Shown: piece after piece, positions 58,825-64,000 of the stretch
How positions within the stretch are numbered: position 1 is the stretch's first letter
Layout of the letters: every line of letters begins with the position of its first letter
IMG/VR virus record: IMGVR_UViG_3300024054_000362
Location: 62,001 to 126,000 of that record
Strand: one strand, 5' to 3'
Length of the DNA stretch: 64,000 nt
Notes under the pieces: generated by a model
Databases searched by the model: none
What the model saw: the letters and a program-made list of their open reading frames with translations, nothing else
What the model was told of the DNA's origin: nothing
Made by a program: the position numbers and the translations under genes

Positions 58825-59072
58825 TTCCTTCGACGCCTTCGGCGGCGAGCGCGATTCGCGAGCCCTCGACGTACGCGATCCGCGACGATCTGTTTCGCAG
58901 TCGTGTGAGCTTTGCTGCACGGCCCCGGTTCAGAACCAGTCATTCTCCATCCCGTGCGGTCATCGGTGATCACGAACTCACACGATCGGCCCGTCTTACG
59001 CGTGAACACGTGATGGTTGTCGATGGTTTCGTCGACGTACGTATCCAGATCACTCGTCCATTTGCGCGCCAT
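58821..59072 (-). CDS. small protein with poly-Arg tail
   Basis: ..RGLANRARRRRRRK. Confidence 0.5.
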   Translation of the reverse strand: MARKWTSDLDTYVDETIDNHHVFTRKTGRSCEFVITDDRTGWRMTGSEPGPCSKAHTTAKQIVADRVRRGLANRARRRRRRRK

Positions 59073-59086
59073 TCAACTAATCTACC

Positions 59087-59581
59087 TCACTTCTTGCGCC
59101 TTCGACGGCGGGATAGGTCCGTCGAGCTGCAACTGATCAGCTGGTACATCCCACAGCCACCGCGTCCCATGCGCGGGCCGTCCGTGTCTTGCGTCGAGGC
59201 CTTCTGCGACGCACCGACCATGCACCGTGCGCGGCCCTTCTTGACCTGCTTCTCCCAGAAGCCCTGCGAATCGGTCGTTCGAAGCACGTCGCTCGTAAGC
59301 TTCATGCCGTTGGCGCATCCCCATTTGGCCGCCGCCTCGTACAGTTTGGTCCCCAGGCCACAACGCCGAAACTTTGCGTCCTCGATCGCGATCGATTCGA
59401 CCTCTAGCGCGCTCCCCGACGTCTTCGTCTGAAGCAGTCCGATTTGGCGTACCCCTACAGTCATCTCGAAGTCGACCGCCAGCACGCCGCCCGTGATCGA
59501 ACGGTGCTCGTACTCGTGGATCTTGAAACGCGGACAGCTCGCCGCGTCCGTCAACTGTCGTCGACGCTGTCGTTTCGCCAT
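59087..59581 (-). CDS. GNAT acetyltransferase, paralog of the 57674 C-half
   Basis: FRRCGLGTKLYEAA..SD..SQGFWEKQVKKGRA. Confidence 0.75.
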   Translation of the reverse strand: MAKRQRRRQLTDAASCPRFKIHEYEHRSITGGVLAVDFEMTVGVRQIGLLQTKTSGSALEVESIAIEDAKFRRCGLGTKLYEAAAKWGCANGMKLTSDVLRTTDSQGFWEKQVKKGRARCMVGASQKASTQDTDGPRMGRGGCGMYQLISCSSTDLSRRRRRKK

Positions 59582-60240
59582 CCGACAAGCCTATCGCGGC
59601 TCGTCGAAACCATCGAGGGCTTCGTCCTCGGGCGGGACCTCGTCTTCCATCAACGATTCGGCACGCTTGAACAGCTCGTTGTGTTCGACGTTGAAGACGA
59701 TGCCTTCACGCTTCGCGACGCGCACGAGGGTCAGCATGTTGTTGAGAGCGGTCAACGCCTGATCCAGCCGTTGCCGATGGACCATTTTCGGACGCTCCGT
59801 CATCCGACAAGCCTATCGCACCCGCGCGCCGTCTCGCGGGTGCTGCTTTGCGCCGGACGGCCAGCCTCAGGGCCCACGTAAGCCTCAAGGAGGACAGTTT
59901 ACCGCGTCAGCTCGCGTTCTGACGTGTTTCCAGTTCGTGCTTCGCGAGGTCGACGATCGCCTGCAACACCTTCGGTTCGGCAAGCTGGATCACGCGGCGT
60001 ACGATGTCGAAATCGTGTTCGCCGATCGCGGCTGCTGACGGCGGCGCGATCGGACCTGTCGTCGTGCGACGGACGGCGTCGGCGATCACGTCGCTGAGGC
60101 GCGAGTCCGAGAACCGCGCCTCGATGTCGACGCCCTTCCCGTGAATCGACACCGTCAAGAGCTGGATCGGCGTCTTCACGTTTCGCTTGCGAGGCATCGT
60201 CGCAAGCTAGTAATCGGCCACGCCCTCCGCAAGCCAACAG

Positions 60241-60663
60241 CTATCGCGCCTTCGGCGGCGTCACCCTCTGGCGACCTGTTCGCCGGCTTGAGGTCGCGGG
60301 GGGTGATGACCCTGCGCCCGGCTTAGCCTTCGACCTAAATTTAGCCGGCGGACTCAATCGAGCTGGTTTTTGTCCGCGTCGTGCCTTCGGCAGGCTCGCC
60401 GCGAGCGGCCGGACCCGTAGGTTCGACGGGTGCCAGTTCCATGGGTCCCCGTCGATCACGACGACGGCCTCGCCGCGAGTAACCCACCGGCCGAGCTGCT
60501 CGCTCGCGACGAATCGGTGGATCGACACGTATCCGCGGCGATCCGCGATCGCGCGCTCCGGCGCCGTCGGCGCCGCGAGGAAGGTCGGCGAGGTCCCGTT
60601 GAGCACGACCTCGCGGCCTCGAAAGAAGGCGCCTGAGCTTGGTTGTGGTCCACGTTGGCCCAT
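60241..60663 (-). CDS. degenerate HNH endonuclease
   Basis: GYVSIHRFVA..LGR..VVVIDGDPWNWHPSNL (the HH residues are replaced). Confidence 0.55.
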   Translation of the reverse strand: MGQRGPQPSSGAFFRGREVVLNGTSPTFLAAPTAPERAIADRRGYVSIHRFVASEQLGRWVTRGEAVVVIDGDPWNWHPSNLRVRPLAASLPKARRGQKPARLSPPAKFRSKAKPGAGSSPPATSSRRTGRQRVTPPKAR

Positions 60664-60798
60664 GGCTCGACGTTGCCGGAATCCTTAGGAGTCGGACAAG
60701 CGACTCAACGAGGATAACGTATAAATGCTTGAAATTATTAAGGAAACACCAAATCTGGGATCTGTTGACATAAGTAGCAGTTATGTTACTCCTGGACA

Positions 60799-61689
60799 GT
60801 GTCCGATCAGGCCCTTGCGCGACCCGTTGGTGACTTCCAGTTCGAGCAGGCCGCCCGCGCCCTGATCGCCGCGAAGCGCTCTGAGAACACCCGCGCTGCC
60901 TACCTGCGGGACCTCGATCGTTGGCTCGACTTCTGTCACGTGATCGACGCGAATCCGGGCTCGCCGCCCCTCGACGCGACGACGGCCTTTCGCGACCACC
61001 TACAAGCGAGCCTGTCCAACGAGAGCGCTCGCCGAGCAATCGCTGCGATGTCGTCGATCTATCGCGCGCTTCTCGCCGCCCGCGCGGTGCGCGTCAATCC
61101 CTTTCACCCGGCCGTCCTCAGCTGGCCCCCAGCGAACGCGCTGCCCAAGACGCAGCTCGTCGGTGACACCCACGCCTGCGCCATGATCGCGAACGCGGAA
61201 GCCGACGCCGATCCACTTCGTGGGGCGCGCGACGCCGCGATCCTACAGCTGCTCTACGACACGGGGCTCCGCCGCGCGTCAGTCGCGCGCATCCTGCGGG
61301 CGACCTATCGAAACGGCGTTCTGCGGGCGATCGTGAAGGGCGCCAAGGAGGTCGAGATCGCACTGCCGGCATCCAGCGTAGCTGCCGTCGACCGGTGGTT
61401 GAGGAACGCGTCGGGGCCGTTCCTGTTTCCTGGGCCGCGCGGAGCGATCAACGTCGCCACGATCAACAAGATCGTGAAGCAGCGCGCGAAAGCCGTCGGT
61501 GCGGGTCACGTTCATCCCCACTGCTTCCGTGCTGCATTCGTGACCGCCGGCTATGACGCAGGGCTGCCGGAACACGAGATCCAGGCGTCGGTACATCACA
61601 GCGATCCCAAGACGACGCGTCGCTACGATCGCCATGCTCGCGGCGGTGCAGTACCTGCGGCAGTAGCGGCGTTCCGAGGACAGAAGTGA
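60799..61689 (+). CDS. tyrosine recombinase/integrase
   Basis: SENTRAAY, RDAAIL..TGLRR, VKG, HPHCFR, HSDPKTTRRY (R-K-H-R-H-Y). Confidence 0.92.
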   Translation: MSDQALARPVGDFQFEQAARALIAAKRSENTRAAYLRDLDRWLDFCHVIDANPGSPPLDATTAFRDHLQASLSNESARRAIAAMSSIYRALLAARAVRVNPFHPAVLSWPPANALPKTQLVGDTHACAMIANAEADADPLRGARDAAILQLLYDTGLRRASVARILRATYRNGVLRAIVKGAKEVEIALPASSVAAVDRWLRNASGPFLFPGPRGAINVATINKIVKQRAKAVGAGHVHPHCFRAAFVTAGYDAGLPEHEIQASVHHSDPKTTRRYDRHARGGAVPAAVAAFRGQK

Positions 61690-62441
61690 TCGACGACGAC
61701 AAGCAGATGGTCGTCGTTGGTCGTGCGGATCTCGAATTTGAAGACACGTCCGACGAGGTGCTGCTTCAACAAGATCGACGGGCCTACGCGGCGCGCGTGC
61801 AGGCGCGCATCGACCTACGGCGTCATGAATTGCTCGACGCACACGGAGTCCCGAACGAGTTGTTTGCGACGTTGGTACTTCTGAGAGACCCTGTCCGTTG
61901 CCAGGAGGTCTTGGACCTCTTGAGTCGCGTAGACATCGACGGCATCGAGCAGGCGCTCACGCGAATCTGGGACGAGGAACACGGTCTGGCGTTACGTCTC
62001 TGTGCACAGTGTCAAGGAGTGCTTCATCCAAACGATCTACGGTTCCCTGCGACGGGGCGGTTCAGTGGATCGATCTGTGATTCATGTGAACAGCGGCGCC
62101 TCGCCGCGCCAAGCAGGCCGCCGCGAGGCGGCATCAGATCGGCGCTTGTGCGTGCGCGCCGAGCGCATCTTCCGGCGACGCTTACCGAGAAAGAATGGGC
62201 ACGCACGGTCGAGTTTTTTGGTGATCGTTGTGCGCTTTGTGGTGGTGCTTGGTCCCTCGTCGAGCATGCGGTGCCTATCGATTTGGGGGGCGGCACGACG
62301 GTAGGAAACTGTTTGCCGGCATGTGTCGGCTGCAACGTTCGCAAGGGCAAACGAGTTCTCGATGCCCTCAGCACACATGAATTTTCGTCGGAACGGCTTC
62401 GCAACGCACGTGAATGGCTTCTCAGGAGTGAACATGGTTGA
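61686..62441 (+). CDS. HNH endonuclease
   Basis: LTEKEW..CALC..EHAVPIDLGG..NCLPACVGCNVRKG. Confidence 0.8.
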   Translation: MIDDDKQMVVVGRADLEFEDTSDEVLLQQDRRAYAARVQARIDLRRHELLDAHGVPNELFATLVLLRDPVRCQEVLDLLSRVDIDGIEQALTRIWDEEHGLALRLCAQCQGVLHPNDLRFPATGRFSGSICDSCEQRRLAAPSRPPRGGIRSALVRARRAHLPATLTEKEWARTVEFFGDRCALCGGAWSLVEHAVPIDLGGGTTVGNCLPACVGCNVRKGKRVLDALSTHEFSSERLRNAREWLLRSEHG

Positions 62442-63859
62442 TGACGATGATCGGATCGCGGCCAAGGAGGCTCTTCGAAGGGCTCAGCTCGAAGCCGCAA
62501 GAAACCTGGAGCCGGACTGCGCCTACGGGGCCGTCGGCGCCGGGCGGTATCGTGCGGACAACGAGCGTAGGCGGGCGACCGCCGGCATTGACCCAGCAGC
62601 GACCCCGCAGGCCGGCGACTTTATCGCTGTGTACCCCAACGAGCAGATGTACTTGTTCGAGGACGAGCGCGGGCGTCGCGCGCTTCGGATGAAGGAGTAG
62701 TCGATGAACACACCCACGAAGCAGCGTCGTCGCCACGAGATCTACGAAGCCACCAAGCCGTGCAAGAACCACAAAGGCTGTGCTTTGTACGGTGAGTGTG
62801 CCGATCCACCGTGTGAGATCACCGTCGTCGACATGATCGAGTACGTCCCCAAGGAGAACTGGGAGGATTTCGAGAAGCAACGCCTTGCGAACTACGTCAG
62901 GCAGACGGGCCGCTTTGCCAATGGAAGGAGCCGACCAATATGAACGTCGCCGACACTAAGAAGTGGCTTCTCGTCGCCGGGCGCGCTTACGTGCGAGCGA
63001 TGGAAGCCAAGTCGTGTTCTCTCGCCACCACGAACCTTCGGCTCGGTCAGCAAGCCGAGCAGCGTGCTCGTGAAGGTCTACGTGAACATCTTCCTCGTAA
63101 GCTGGAGCCCCGGTTTTATTCGTCAGTGCAGCGCGAGTTGAGCAAGCTTGATGCACAACTCCCCAACGCGGAGATGAACGCGCACCTGCACCGCCTCGAA
63201 CGGTGCGGCATCACGCAGATGCAACACGAACAGCGTACCGCGAAGGAACGTCAGGCTGTCGACGACAATCGGGCGCGTGATCGTCACGATCGCAAGCGCC
63301 CCAAGGTCAGGAAGTGATGAACAAACGCGACAAGGAGCGCCTGAAGGCGGCCTACGAGATGGAAGGCGACGCTACGATTGGTGCGGGCGCCGGTTTCGAC
63401 AAGTACACCAAGGAGGTCGCGATGCGTATCCGTTGGCGCGGCACCAAGTTTGATCCGCGGTGCGGTTCACAGGGCGTCGACGGCGACGGTCACTGTATGC
63501 GTTGCGGCCTGCGTGTTCACGAAGACGCCGATGAGAACTGTCCTCCAGGTTTCCTGCCGGCGCCGCCGACAGAAGCCAAGACCGAGGCCGCGCCCGTCGA
63601 ACGCATCGTCGCAGCCGCGATCAATTTCGATGACATCACCATGTCCATGCCGCCGCCTGCGCGGCACCACACGATCTTGTGGAAACTGGTCGAGCTGAAC
63701 CTACCCGAAGGCTTCATGGACATTCGCAACCAGGGCTTCGTGACAAGCACGGGCCGCTTCGTCGATCGCTACGAAGCGTGCAAGATCGCGCGTGCTGCAC
63801 GGCAGCTGGTTCGAGAGCCGACGCCGAAGGACGTGTTGACCTCGGAGGACGTCTGGTGA
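62434..63859 (+). other. hypothetical genes (62434-62700, 62704-62943, 62940-63317, 63314-63859)
   Basis: abutting ORFs; the last has a phage-type RHH..QGFVTSTGRFVDR..LTSEDVW motif. Confidence 0.55.
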
Positions 63860-64000
63860 GTCGCTTCGAAGACCGAAATCACGCCATTTCCGGTTTGCGT
63901 AACGCGAACGGCTCAGCCTTACGCGAGATGTACGACGCAGGACGTTCCCTCGACGAGATGCGTGAGTATCTGCGCCATCACATTGATCTGGCCTGGCTAC

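Noticed and set aside
1-64000. tRNA/rRNA genes and Caudoviricetes head-tail genes
   Set aside because: None recognised by eye; a tRNAscan/HMM run is needed to confirm absence.

Overview
The whole 64 kb window looks like one GC-rich, gene-dense virus or provirus genome. I found no host housekeeping genes, rRNA, tRNA or CRISPR, and no recognisable terminase, portal, HK97 capsid or tail-tube/sheath genes. The left part (about 1-35.6 kb) is a morphogenesis region with: a putative jelly-roll-like major capsid protein (10831-11580); a membrane-anchored transglutaminase-fold Cys-His-Asp enzyme; many small and medium membrane proteins ending in TM + poly-Arg; a protamine-like basic protein; peptidoglycan-binding paralogs; and beta-rich spike-like proteins. 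About 20 of these proteins share a short [LFM]G|[ADQ] motif at domain boundaries. I infer a Gly-directed virion maturation system, reminiscent of adeno/pox/asfarvirus processing, in an unusually large tailless bacterial virus. The right part (about 37-64 kb) holds early/accessory genes: SNF2 helicase, MoxR-type AAA + HEXXH/vWA module, SLT-like muramidase, phosphatase, an orphan Cys-rich double-glycine RiPP-like precursor, GNATs, a tyrosine integrase and HNH nucleases. Features absent from the ORF track include a 329-nt group I intron (24790-25118) with an apparent C.A 5' splice pair next to a free-standing LAGLIDADG gene, a 16-bp palindromic operator GATCGC-N4-GCGATC before many operons, and recoding scars left by homing endonucleases. 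The host is probably Myxococcota (inference). All family assignments come from motif recognition by eye; no database search was run.
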